A stretch of 64,000 nucleotides of DNA, taken from the NCBI RefSeq assembly GCF_001194135.2, contig NC_068998.1:1983574-2047573 (forward strand), read 5' to 3'. The number at the start of each line of letters is the position of its first letter. Within the stretch, counting starts at the first letter, position 1. The notes under the pieces are model-generated. The model was given only the letters and a program-made list of their open reading frames with translations. It did no database searches and had not been told where the DNA came from. A program made the position numbers and the translations under genes. The stretch comes from Octopus bimaculoides (Eukaryota). Shown here one piece after another: positions 26,579 through 51,038 of the stretch.

Positions 26579-28729
26579 TATTATAAAAGCATGAGTTTGT
26601 TTCACATAAATTTTAACAAAATCCTATACCGACCCCTAAGGATCATATGGACCCTAAATTAGCATAGTAGCTTTTGTGGGGTTACTCAGTTTGCTAGAAA
26701 TAACAGTCAAATCATCCTCAAACATAAGAGACACGCTGGATAATTCGGCCTTAGGTACATTTAGCCCAGAAAGTAAAAAATTCACGAGTGTGAATTAGAA
26801 ATATTTGTATTGCTTTCTGACTCATCCTTTCATAAAATCTCATGCTGAACAATATTTCAGTACGACACACACACTAGGGGCTTTGTATGAGTGTCAACGT
26901 AGACATCCGGTTTAGGCGACGGAGTACCGCCGCCGCCACCATTGTCGATGTTGCTGCCAAAACCGACACAACCACTACGACAAACACTTGTATTTTTTTG
27001 TAGATAACTTATGTAGTAGTAACTACTACTACTACTACTACTTCTTCAGCTGCTGTCACTATAACAGTCAGTTATAGTGACAGAAAAGATATTGCTGAAT
27101 GGATTAGAAGTTTGCCTCCCAACCGCATGATATTGAGTTGTCTCGCTACGCAGCACCTTGGGCAAGTGTTATCTACTATTGATATAACCCCGGACCGACC
27201 CAAATCCTGTGAGTGGCTATGACAGCTTCAGGCTATAGTAGAAAGCACTTCCCTAAACAGCCAATATAATGGGACCGAAGCGAACTTCTTAAGCACACAG
27301 TCATTAAATAACACTTTTATTAATCCTGTCCTGAATGAAAAATATGTATTTAACCTCGAAAAGTTGCTTTCGCACGGAAATATATATCCTTGGTTAACAC
27401 GATTGTCTCCCTTGTGTTATAGTTATTCCCCTTGGACGCTTTCATTCTCTTTATCACGGTTCCAAGTCCTTTGGAATAGTTTTGAGTAGATTTGCTTAAT
27501 GAATTAAATCGTCATATTTTTCGGTGCCTATATTACTTTCTTAACCACCCAAGGAAACTCTTTTTAGTATTAATTAAAGTTATTAGATGTATTATTTTTT
27601 CTACTGATTCAACATTTTGGATTTCTCTACTAAGTGTAGATACAGGAGGCAACAGGAAACCCTCCCGTAATTTAGGCAGATGGTCGGTAACAGTGATTTC
27701 ATGGAAATAATATTTTATTACTTCTTAAGGTGGCGAGCAGACAGAATCATTATTAGCGCGCTGGGCGAATTTCGTTGCGACATTTTGTCCTGTGTTTATG
27801 TTCTGAGTTCAAAGAATTTTCTTGATATGACTTTTCAACCATGTGGCAAAGAGAGCAACAATACTAAAAATCTTGCTTGACTCAGGAACTCCAGGTAAGA
27901 AGTATTTAGCCAATGCCCTCATCAAAGACGTTTCCTGCTACAAACCATTCATTGAACAGAATGCGGGAGAATCTTCGAATATCATCACAACTGGAACCAA
28001 TGTAAGGGAGATAACCCCATACTGCCTGTAACACCTCCTGCACAGCTATTCTGGATGTATAGATTTTTGTGTACAAAACCATGACGTCTCCCACCCTCCA
28101 GTAGCAGAGAGATTATGTGCCTTCGGCCATTTGTTTGACAGGTACCCTATATGGCTTTATAGGTGCAAAACCAATCGTCACTCAATGACCACTCTGTTGG
28201 TCATGCTTAGGAATCCAGCAGGAATGTCTACAGATGGCTGCTTCTGTTAGGACCCTAGGGAGAAGGTGACTGAGGACTCTGCACCCACATCCCTCTCAGG
28301 GACGATGGATGGATGGATAATAACCACTCTTATCAATGTGTTTAATCTGTTTGTCAATGGGTTGGCTGGGTCTGCTACACATCAGTTGTAAAACCAGGTG
28401 GACGAGTGCACCTGGGACATCACAGATATTTACAAACATTTCATTCACGATGCCTTGGCTCAGCAAAATAAAAATTAGTATATTAAATAAAAAAGACAAA
28501 AACAAAAAAAAAAAAACAAATAACTAATACTGTTAATTATTTATTGATTGATTGATCATTGTATAAGGTTATATCAGTGGTTCAGTCACTGATTATTGTG
28601 TGACTGGTTATATTGCTGGTCCAATCATATTCTGATAATCACTGGTCATACAAGCAGTTATCATTCTTTTGTTATTGTTATTATTATTATTATTATTTAA
28701 TGTGTAGAAGAATAGAGCTTACAATATGT

Positions 28730-28735
28730 TTTATT
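28730..28735 (-). terminator. Candidate polyadenylation signal of QARS (AATAAA on minus strand)
   Basis: TTTATT on the plus strand, about 250 nt past the stop codon. Confidence 0.35.
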
Positions 28736-28980
28736 GATTATCAGCCATTGTCAATATGTTGAAGATCACTTTTGCTTGCTTTGTTTTCAATGGATTTGAT
28801 CTATCAGCCAATAATAACAGTTCTTTCAACAGTGTTCACCTGATGGTAATAAGTGTTTACCTGAGGAAGTTGTGCACACCTGACATTAATTAGTTTGCAC
28901 CTGTCAGCAAGTGAATTTGACCATTTTCTCTGATCAGAATAAGAAAACAATAAATAAACACTTGTTTACGTTGTTTGTTT

Positions 28981-30996
28981 TTAGTTTTTGTTGGGATCTT
29001 CTTTCAGTGTAACAGTTTGATTAAAAACTAAATGGTCAGGTTTGGAATCTCGATCCACACTGAAATAACCAGTTCTTTCAAACTGGAATTGTTTGTAAGT
29101 TTCAGCCTTCAAGACAGACGTGTCTACGAATGCATTCGATATGACCTTTAATGAGTCCCTGTTGACGTCGCTCAGGTAACCGTCTGGAACTTCTGATGTG
29201 TCTTCTGGATTACGATGGAAGAACAGTTTGTCATAGAGTCGAACTTCACAAGAAACAGGCTTCGATACCCAATGAATGAATGCTTTCGGTTTGTCTTCTG
29301 TAGTTTTGTGGCACTTGACATGTAACTCGGTGATAAAACCTGAACTATCTTTAACAACTTCAGCGACTTCTATTGTAAAACCAGCATGACGTAAACCGAC
29401 TGGTTGGGTGGGAGCAAGTCTCTTATAGTTTTTGTCAGTGACCTCTTTGAAATCATCTCGTTCGATAAAGATCTGCTCACAGAATGGAACGGAATGTTCT
29501 CCTTTGTTTGGATCAGCAGGATAATTTGGAACAGATACTTTGCCACTGTGACCAGCTGGAAAGTTGATGATCTTCACTGGAAGAGGATTGAGGACGGCCA
29601 TTGCACGAGGGGCTTTCACATTGAGGACATCCCGTACACAGGATTCCAATAGAGCTGGATCAATGACCGTCTGTGCCATGGTTACGCCAACCTTGGCACA
29701 GAATAAGTTAATGGCCTCAGGTGGAAAGCCACGCCGTCGGAGAGCCGTCAGTGTGAACAGACGGGGATCGTCCCAATCTTTCACATAACCTTTCTCAATC
29801 AATTTCGCTATTTTCCTCTTCGATACAACAGCATAATGTAAATTAAGCCGGGCATACTCCCACTGTACTGGACAGTACAGTTCCAGTACATTACACAACC
29901 AATAATAGGAAGACCGTCTTGCCTGGAATTCCTTGGTACATAGAGAATGAGATATGTTCTCAATAGAATCGCAAAGACAATGGGTGTAATCATAAGTCGG
30001 GTAGATACACCAATCATTGCCGCTTCGATGGTGTGGAGTGAATTTGATCCGATAAGCTACTGGATCTTTCTTGCCTTCTTCAAGAGTTGTTTTCATTCGA
30101 AGTGTGGCATCGCCCTCATTTATTTTGCCTTTCCTCATATCTTCAAACAGAATCAGAGATTCTTCAATCGGCCTTTCTCTCCAAGGAGAGTCAACAACGT
30201 TGTGTCCCTTTAGATCTTCGGCCTTCATGTGACAAACGTAGGCGTGGCCTCGTTTAATAAGATCAACAGCTAAATCATACAGTTTCCCAAAATTGTCAGA
30301 TGCATAAGTAATTTTCCATGGTTTGTAGCCTAACCATTCAACCATTTCTCGAATGCCGCGGAAGAATTTTTCCTCTTCTTTCTCGGGGTTTGTGTCATCA
30401 TAACGCAAATAGCATTTACCACCCATTGCGCGAGCATAACCAAAGTTGAAATTGATTGCTTTGGCATGACCAATATGAAGAATGCCATTAGGTTCTGGAG
30501 GGAATCGTGTGTATACTGTGCTATTGGTTTCTTTCAAATGTTGTTTTAAAAGTTCCATAGTTCTTGGCATGATAACATAACCATCTGTTTTAAAATTCTC
30601 ACCAACTTTATGGAACTTTACCGAACTTCCAACCAGATCCATGAAACTTTTCACCTCTCCATCTGCTCTCACAAAATTCTCTAAAGCATTCACGGTCTTT
30701 TTATTTTCCTGATTCACTGATGTTGTAGATTTTGTTCTAATATTTTCAGTCTGTTTTGATTGTTTAGCTTTCGATGGCTTAGCCTTATCAACATCAGTCT
30801 TGGGCCCCAGTAGATCTAAAATCTGCATATCGACTTCGTTTTTGATGGTTTTGCCATCAGCCCATTTCAGCGCCTTACGGACTTCAGACATTAGAATGCC
30901 AGTATTGAAATGGTAACGCTTCTCTAATAATTCATCTCGATAGTTTGCAATGACTTTCTCTACAGCTGTTTCCACTTGGTCTGAAGTGACGGACAC
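28981..30996 (-). CDS. QARS1: QARS coding exon 2 (2016 nt, whole catalytic and anticodon-binding region)
   Basis: Acceptor ttctcttgcAG at 30998-30997; open frame to TAA at 28981. Confidence 0.97.
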   Translation of the reverse strand: MSVTSDQVETAVEKVIANYRDELLEKRYHFNTGILMSEVRKALKWADGKTIKNEVDMQILDLLGPKTDVDKAKPSKAKQSKQTENIRTKSTTSVNQENKKTVNALENFVRADGEVKSFMDLVGSSVKFHKVGENFKTDGYVIMPRTMELLKQHLKETNSTVYTRFPPEPNGILHIGHAKAINFNFGYARAMGGKCYLRYDDTNPEKEEEKFFRGIREMVEWLGYKPWKITYASDNFGKLYDLAVDLIKRGHAYVCHMKAEDLKGHNVVDSPWRERPIEESLILFEDMRKGKINEGDATLRMKTTLEEGKKDPVAYRIKFTPHHRSGNDWCIYPTYDYTHCLCDSIENISHSLCTKEFQARRSSYYWLCNVLELYCPVQWEYARLNLHYAVVSKRKIAKLIEKGYVKDWDDPRLFTLTALRRRGFPPEAINLFCAKVGVTMAQTVIDPALLESCVRDVLNVKAPRAMAVLNPLPVKIINFPAGHSGKVSVPNYPADPNKGEHSVPFCEQIFIERDDFKEVTDKNYKRLAPTQPVGLRHAGFTIEVAEVVKDSSGFITELHVKCHKTTEDKPKAFIHWVSKPVSCEVRLYDKLFFHRNPEDTSEVPDGYLSDVNRDSLKVISNAFVDTSVLKAETYKQFQFERTGYFSVDRDSKPDHLVFNQTVTLKEDPNKN

Positions 30997-33783
30997 CTGC
31001 AAGAGAATTACAAAAAGAAGATGAGATTTAAAGCTTCCAGGGATAAAAGAAAACCAAAATTTAATAAAGGAAAATGGTTTTGAGGATGAAAAGAAAAGAA
31101 AAAAAGACTAATTAGAAAGTAAAACTAAAGACTGTTAGCTGGGATTGTAGAATATATTTTAAATGTTCCAACCTTAACCCCTGTATTTAAGGTGAGTCAT
31201 AGTGAGGGATTGAGGTAGGAAGATGGGATGGTATATCAGTGATTACCTCTGGATTATTTATGGGCAAAATAGAAATCCCTACCTCATAAGGGAACTCGGC
31301 CCTGAAAAAAAAAACAATATTAAAACAGTGAGCAGTTTAAGGTGTGGCTATGTGGTAAGTGTAGCTGACGGTTGCAAAGTGAACTTGTTAACCACACAGA
31401 CATACACCTGCATTTCTTAGTGAATGCTTAGTTACAGTTTTGATAAGCTAAAATTGTTATGACAAAGTAGATAGACTATCATAAATATCATCTCCAACAC
31501 ATGACCAGATAACATGGTTTCAAATGTAAAAATGCATGATGAAATAACCTGCTCAAATTACATATTTCAGCTACTAACAACCACTGGGCCACAAAACCTG
31601 CATAGATTAAACACTCCCCCACACAATGTTAGGTATTCAACGTTGATCTGTTACAGAATTTGACATCTCGGTCAGAAACTCTCGGCGTTATATAACAAGA
31701 CATACATGATTTCTTTGTGAAGAAAACAAAAAGGGTTTCAAATTTTGAGACAGGGATAGATTTTCGGGGGGGGGGGGGGGTGATTACAGTTACCCCAGTA
31801 CTTATTTTATCAACCACTAAAAGGATGAAAAGCCATATCGACCTTCACAGAATTTGAACTCAGAATGTAAACAACCAGAAGGAAAGGCCAATAAGCATCT
31901 TGCCCAACATGCTAATGATTCGGTTAGGAAGGTATTAGTCGAAACTGTTATTCCTCGTACTTGACTCGGCCTCAGAGGAATAAAAAGCAAAGCTGACCTA
32001 GGTGAGATTTGAACTCAGGATGTAACAAGCCTGAAAAATACCAGAAAGCATTTGGTCCAATGCTCCAATAATTCTGCCAGCTCACCATTCTCATAAATGT
32101 AAAAGAAACGCTTGACATAAGAGGGGGGCAAGATGAATGCACATGCTGAGCTTGATGGCAGGCAACGAGTAAGCAACACATACACACACAATGAGAGAGA
32201 AATGATCATAAACAGAGGAGGAGTAAGGGAGTAAATGACAGTTATGGAGGGAGTTACACAAATTGAGAAATTTGTCTCATTTAATTATATCTCAAGTGAA
32301 TATTTTTCAGAACATTAGAGTCTATTTTATCATTTTGGATATGTACCAAGTAATTTTAATAGAAGTTAAATTATAATTATTGCACGTATTTGCTGATATT
32401 ACCCATGATGGCAAAAGTATAGTTTCAAAGTTACCAGTCATTAGACGAGTAACATTCAGGGATACAAAAACAGGATTTGCCTTATTTTATAATTATTGTG
32501 CTGGATAAGGAAAACGACTTTGTTTTTAGCAATGGTGGAAGTACAACGGACTGAGCCGTCGGTCAATCGGACACTGCCCGAGGACCAGGAGCTCTGAGGG
32601 GCCCACACTCAACATGTTAACTCTACTAAAACACACAAAGAGGCCTGGTAAACAGTTATGCCTGAGGGTCCTTAATACTCTCAGTCCGCCCCGCGGGATG
32701 GTCACGTTTGGATCAACGGTGAGATCATAGGGATGCTCAGTCAACCCTATCCTGGGACTAAATGCTAACAGCTCATATTACTGAGCAACATAATGAAATG
32801 TCAAACAGGTATTTTGTCCGTCGTTCGATAAGTATATACAACAACCAGGGCTTGTAGCATGTTCTTAAACATCGGTTTCCTATTTTAGTAACAAGTCGAA
32901 ATACTAAATTGAAAGTAAATTAAAATATATTTAGTTTCTGTTTGTATGCTGCTACGTAGTTAGTTTATGTAAACTGTTAGTGTTTCAATGACCCCTATAA
33001 TAGAACATAACAGAGGGGCGCCTAGGTATGTGCGTATATCGAAGATTGTTCATCATTGAAAGATGGAAATTTACTTCGATTCCGTTACTTCTATAGTAAA
33101 ATAACGGGTAACATCGTTATACAAGATCTCCTTGTAAAAATTAGAAACAGAACGATATATGACTGGATGGTCACATCTGGAACACCTTTGTGTTATCTCT
33201 TATAATTTGCGGGTTACTGAAATACGGCGATCTACCGAAAGATACAAAATTTCTAGAAAGTATATGTTCTCGTAACAGCATGTAAACAAAGGCCAATCGC
33301 GAACATCTCGCTATTTCATTTGTCAAATGAAACAGCGAGATGGACATTTTTAGTGAAGTGCTTCAACGTGTTGCTGTTAGTGAAATAGGAACCGACCCTA
33401 ACCGGTATCGAAAGACAAAGGTATGTACTTACACCAACTCCACACGATTCTTCGAACGTTTTGATGTCTACAGGATCTGTAGGGTTAGAAAGAAGATAGG
33501 ACAAAGCAGAATCAAGCTGCAGGTCCGAAGTGATTTTGTTTTTACCGATATATTCCACTAACAAAGGGATCTTGTTGTAAATTTGGGATTTCAATTTGGT
33601 CGACAAATTGTAGAGCAGCTTGCCAACATCTTTGTCGATTGAAGAATTTCCCGATAATTTCTGTACGTTTTCTATGCATTGACGGAGAGTATTGGACAGA
33701 GCAGCATTTTTACAAGTTTCCTTAGCTTTCTGTTCGCTAAGTCCGATGCTGGTGAAGAGAGAAAGCAACTCGGTCGAAGCCAT
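28981..33783 (-). CDS. QARS1: Glutaminyl-tRNA synthetase (class Ib aaRS), two coding exons join(33433..33783,28981..30996), 788 aa
   Basis: Exon 1 encodes [23 protein letters not shown]...FEESCGVG, the eukaryote-specific N-terminal domain. It splices in phase 0 (GGT|gtaagt ... ttctcttgcag|GTG) to [12 protein letters not shown]. Exon 2 carries [18 protein letters not shown] (HIGH motif), [26 protein letters not shown] (KMSKS-equivalent) and C-terminal FQFERTGYF. No frameshifts or stops. Confidence 0.97.
31740..32090 (-). mobile_element. Two SINE family D copies in the QARS intron
   Basis: aggatgaaaag...gacctt...tttgaactcag cores. Confidence 0.65.
32521..32824 (-). ncRNA. Candidate structured intronic ncRNA of unknown family, in the QARS intron
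   Basis: About 52% GC (hand count over 32521-32760) in an AT-rich intron; several 6-9 bp helices whose G-U pairs favour the host (minus) strand; ANANNA and a 3' ACA motif are present. Confidence 0.35.
33433..33783 (-). CDS. QARS1: QARS coding exon 1 (117 codons)
   Basis: ATG at 33783 (the 37th codon of the ORF-track ORF); donor GTAAGT at 33432-33427; sequence matches the GlnRS N-terminus as I recall it. Confidence 0.93.
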
Positions 33784-33799
33784 GTCGGAATCAAGCTGG

Positions 33800-34020
33800 C
33801 GAAGGAGGACAAACAGGAAGTAGTAAAACCGGAACTTGTTAAAGGCTGATGTAATAACACGTGGTAACTCCACCGCCACCGCCATACACACAACTGCGAA
33901 GGGACGAAACTATTGTTTCTGACAAAGGTACAAGGCCAGGAATGTAGGAGTGGTGTACAGGTGACTCTATGAGACAAGTATTTCACAGGTACTTCAGTTT
34001 ATTGACCGCGGAAGAATAAA
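33800..34020. promoter_or_regulatory. Putative QARS proximal promoter / 5' region
   Basis: CpG-containing segment directly upstream of the ATG, with ETS-like CAGGAAGT (33814-33821) and CCGGAAC (33829-33835) and a pyrimidine tract on the minus strand. Confidence 0.4.
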
Positions 34021-34089
34021 AATCAGTAGTTGTTGTATTCGGTAGAATTTCAACTCAAAATGTCTTCATTTGTTTGATGAAATAATTCT

Positions 34090-34295
34090 CACCTGTTATA
34101 GGTACAAAATCAGCTGAAATTTTGTGGAGAGCGGGGTTAGTCGATTACATCGACCCCAGTATCCAACTGGGATTTATTTTATCGAACTCGAAAGAATGAA
34201 AGGCGAAATCGACCTCGGTGGCATTTGAACTCAGAACGTAAAGCCGGAATAAATGCTGCAGAACATTTTGTCCGGTATGCTAACGATTCTGCCGC
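34090..34295 (-). mobile_element. SINE family D
   Basis: gtcgattacatcgacccc...gaaaggcgaaatcgacctcgg...tttgaactcagaacgt. Confidence 0.7.
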
Positions 34296-34564
34296 TTTCT
34301 GTTTGATGTACAACTGTGTCCTTGAATTTATTTTACTTCATTGAATAGCATATAAGGCGGCGAACTTGCTACAATCATTAGAGTCGAACGAAATTCTTTG
34401 TGATATCTCCCCACCCCCGAAATTGCTGGCCTTGTGCCAAAATTTGAAATCAGTGTGTTGGGTGATCATATTGGCATTCTGGCTTCGATTTCTAGGCTGG
34501 GTTGTTTATTTATTATTTAAGTGTGTATATATATATATATATATATAAATGAGTAACAAAGGTG

Positions 34565-34681
34565 TATAAGTGTCAATTTGTTACGGCCGTTTCGAGCGAC
34601 TCCCTTAATTGATCCATGAAAGCATTACATTCATCAATTAAAGGAGTCGCTCGAAACGGCCGTAATGAATTGACACTTATA
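34565..34681. repeat. Long inverted repeat (49-bp arms, 19-nt spacer), MITE-like or hairpin
   Basis: 34565-34613 is the reverse complement of 34633-34681 with 3 mismatches; both ends carry TA. Confidence 0.85.
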
Positions 34682-34794
34682 TGTCTTTGTTATTCATTTA
34701 TATTTTACTCACCTACCCTGGAATCAGCATTGGTTGTCAAGTGATGTTGGAGGAACACAGACACAAACAAACATATATATATATATATATATAC

Positions 34795-34945
34795 GACGAG
34801 CTTCTTTCAGTTTCCGTCTACCAAATCCATTCACAAGGCTTTGGTCGGCCCGAGCCTATAGTAGAAGACACTTGCCCAAGGTGCCACGCAGTGGGACTGA
34901 ACCGGGAACCATGTGGTTGGTAAGCAAGCTACTTACCACACAGCC
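34795..34945 (-). mobile_element. SINE family B head, well preserved
   Basis: Near-identical to 22850-22980. Confidence 0.75.
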
Positions 34946-37305
34946 ACTCCTGGCCAGTGTATCGGATTACCCTGGGTTTTACGTCCATAAAGCGCTTATA
35001 TACGTTTTGCGTTAGCTCACAACCACCACCGCTTGACAGCCAGTATTGGTCTGTTTACGTCCAGGTAACGTAGCGGCTCAGCAAAAAGAACCGATAGAAT
35101 AAGTTCCAGACTTAACCATATCAAGTCGTACACAGAACTTAACATGTTAAAAAAGAGCTTGACAACGAATTGTTATCCAGAATATTCAAGGGAGGCAAAT
35201 CATTTGCATAACGGCGAATTTTTGTTAAAGCAATTTCTATTGGTCAGTCGTATAAAGAACATCCAATGAAAAGTTTCCAAACATTGTTGGCTGTTTTAAA
35301 GTCAGAGCCGGTTTTAATTTTCCTGACTTGATTATTCCAAACAACGACACACTTCAAGGTTTGGTCTCTCATTTATAACCATTTATGGCTGTTTCAGCAT
35401 TTCTATATATATATTTTGGCAGTGACAGCTATCTGTCATTAAATATCGAACTGTATTGATCAACATTTTGTTCTAATTTTACGTGTGCAATTAAATATTT
35501 CTAACACATAAGTGTGAATTAAAGTCCTACACGAATGTTTTTGTTAGTTTCCCCTTAGACACTTGGTATATATTGTGTGTTTGTGTAAATATATACATTT
35601 AGAGTCTTTATATAAAACGGCTGATAGGAAATATTATGTCATTGTTTAATTTCTTGTTAATTGTAATTCTGTTGAATGGCAAATCAGTTGTCTTGAGACT
35701 TTGCCACGCTTTCTGTCCATTCTTTTATTGATGATTAAAACTCGACAATTGTCCACATGTCACTTTCCCTCTCTCTCTTCTGTCTCAACTATTTCAACCT
35801 ACCTCCTTTTCTATGCACATAAAGATATAATTGTATATTTGTATATATATACAAAGATATATATAATTATATATATATATATATATATATAAGCATACAT
35901 TCATAAATAAATGGTACAGAGTATTTAGGAAATACACAAAACCGCTTATAAAAGAAACATTAAACTTTTATATTTATTTATCTCAGTATAAACAGATAAA
36001 TTTAAGTTCGAGGCGTTTATAGACATCTTTTAAAGATGAGGTGAAATGGGATGTTGAAGTATTGATGGTCGTCCTGATGATATTAATCGCATAATGGCTT
36101 TTTAACCAGGAATTGAAACTGACCGAGGCGACTTGTCAGGATCTAACGTCATGATCTCCATGCCTGGGACACACATACACACACACACACACATAGATGG
36201 ATAGATAGTTGAATCTCAGTGTGTTTATTATTGGCAGAATGAACCCCACTCCCTCCCCTTCCCGAGTTGGAAAATCTTTTCCAACACACGGGTTCACATC
36301 AGGAATCTCATAAACAGAAAATATATATGTCTATAATGTATGTAGTTGTTGTATGTTGTCATTTAAAAACGCGGAATGCCATAAAGAAATTCAAAATATT
36401 CAAATATTCAACACCTTTACTTTGAGTGAATGTATTTTATTTTCAGAAACAATTATTACTATTACAAGATTAATCGCCTTCGTTCCAGAATTCATCGAAG
36501 AATACATTTTTCGACGAATTTCTGAAATGAAAGAAACAAGATTTTTGTCTTAGATTGTGGTCTTCCTCGTTCTCTTTTAACGATGATGTAAAAATTACGA
36601 TCATTAATCTTGTTGACTATTACTAAATAGAAAATCACGAAGAAAATATCATGTCAGTCCCTTAAAGGTTGTAACATATCTTATTAATTTAGCTAAATTA
36701 GTTTTAGCCTATCAGTAATTAACTTCAGTGATTTTAATATTTAATTAAAGCCTGTCTGTAATAAACAATAATAAATGACGTCTTTAATTTCTGTTTAGAA
36801 TAATCCCCCTCCAAATTATTTACCGGCAACCATGCGGTATTCGTAGACGTTAACGTAATTAGTCTCACAGTTGTTTATTTTACTACCTTGGTAATGGATT
36901 GACTTAAATCGTCAGAGTTGAATCTGAAAGCCTTAGGGCATTCCTTCGGTTCTTGGCGTTCTGATTTCAAATCTCGCTAAGGTCAGCTTTAGCTGTCATC
37001 TATTCGGAAATGGATTCGACACTATTCGACTAATCCAGGGCGATGGATTGGTAGAATCGTGCGGCATCCGTTTCCGACTGGGGGTGCTTTATATGTAGCA
37101 CTGACATGCATGCTCATTATGTGGTTTTGACACTGTAACATATTTTCAATTTAATGACAGCAAATATTTCCAAATATGAGGCTATTCAACGTGGAACTGG
37201 TTCAGTTGAAAGAGTGTAAGACTAAAGATTTAAAAGTCCCACGTTCAATCATCAGGTTTTGTTAGTGAGGTTATTACGAAGCAAAACTTGTGTAATCTGA
37301 CTGGC

Positions 37306-37498
37306 TTAACCCTTTCACATTCAGATTACTTTGTTAAATGCTTATTATTTCTTCACAATTTTTTAAAAGTTAATTCTGGATTATCTTGTTGCTTTGAGAT
37401 TTCAAGGGTAGGTGTGAGAGGCTGGATCTGGTCAGTTTGAACATAAAACAAGGAGAATATTTGGGCTGGATTTGGCCAGTTTAAATTCTAAAGGGTTC
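37306..37498. mobile_element. piggyBac-type MITE (family G), reverse orientation
   Basis: TTAA|CCCTTT...AAAGGG|TTCA ends. Confidence 0.65.
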
Positions 37499-37669
37499 AG
37501 AAAAATGATCTTGACTTCAATATTTTTGCATTTTTCTAAATATTTTGATTTTCTTGATTAATAATGAGTTCCTCAAAGAAATATTTCTAATGCATATATT
37601 TACATATTGGTTTTTTTTTTTTCTGTTTTAATTTCATTGTTCCTGCAACAACACACAGAACAGTACAAA

Positions 37670-50772
<13,103 letters not shown>

Positions 50773-51032
50773 CATCGTAAATACTGTCATATCTTAGAAC
50801 TACTACTACTACTACTACTACTACTGGCACCTGTTACCGTTCCAAAAACTGTAACAGTTTCTAAGCCATTGACTACTGTAGTCACCATCTTGCAAACTCA
50901 GTGCTTTACAAGAGGAGAGAGACGAAGCAGTGTGAAAACTGTTTCCAGCCTGTTTTTGAAAAAAAAATCATCTGTCTCTGTTCTTTCACTGACACAAAAA
51001 GAAAACATTATTAGCAAAATTGAAATGAAAGC

Positions 51033-51038
51033 AATAAA
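51033..51038 (+). terminator. Candidate polyadenylation signal of PRPF3 (AATAAA; a second copy at 51471-51476)
   Basis: First AATAAA I found downstream of the stop, about 260 nt away; site usage not testable here. Confidence 0.4.

Noticed and set aside
29172-30213. ORFs overlapping QARS exon 2 (29172-29357, 29404-29652, 29564-29788, 29808-30017, 29947-30213)
   Set aside because: Antisense or alternate-frame shadows of a strong coding exon, with no recognisable motifs
32521-32824. Assignment of the intronic island to RNase MRP, RNase P, 7SK, SRP, U12 or telomerase RNA
   Set aside because: Only short partial resemblances (e.g. cctcgggcag, tagtcccag, paired GATC). The invariant cores (GAAAGUCCCC/GGGGCU, GGAAGGUCUGAG, CUAACCCUAA template, SRP helix 8) are absent or misplaced.
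33786-33891. Upstream in-frame extension (MCMAVAVELP...) of the QARS exon 1 ORF
   Set aside because: GlnRS similarity starts at MASTELL (33783); the extension lies in promoter or UTR-like sequence
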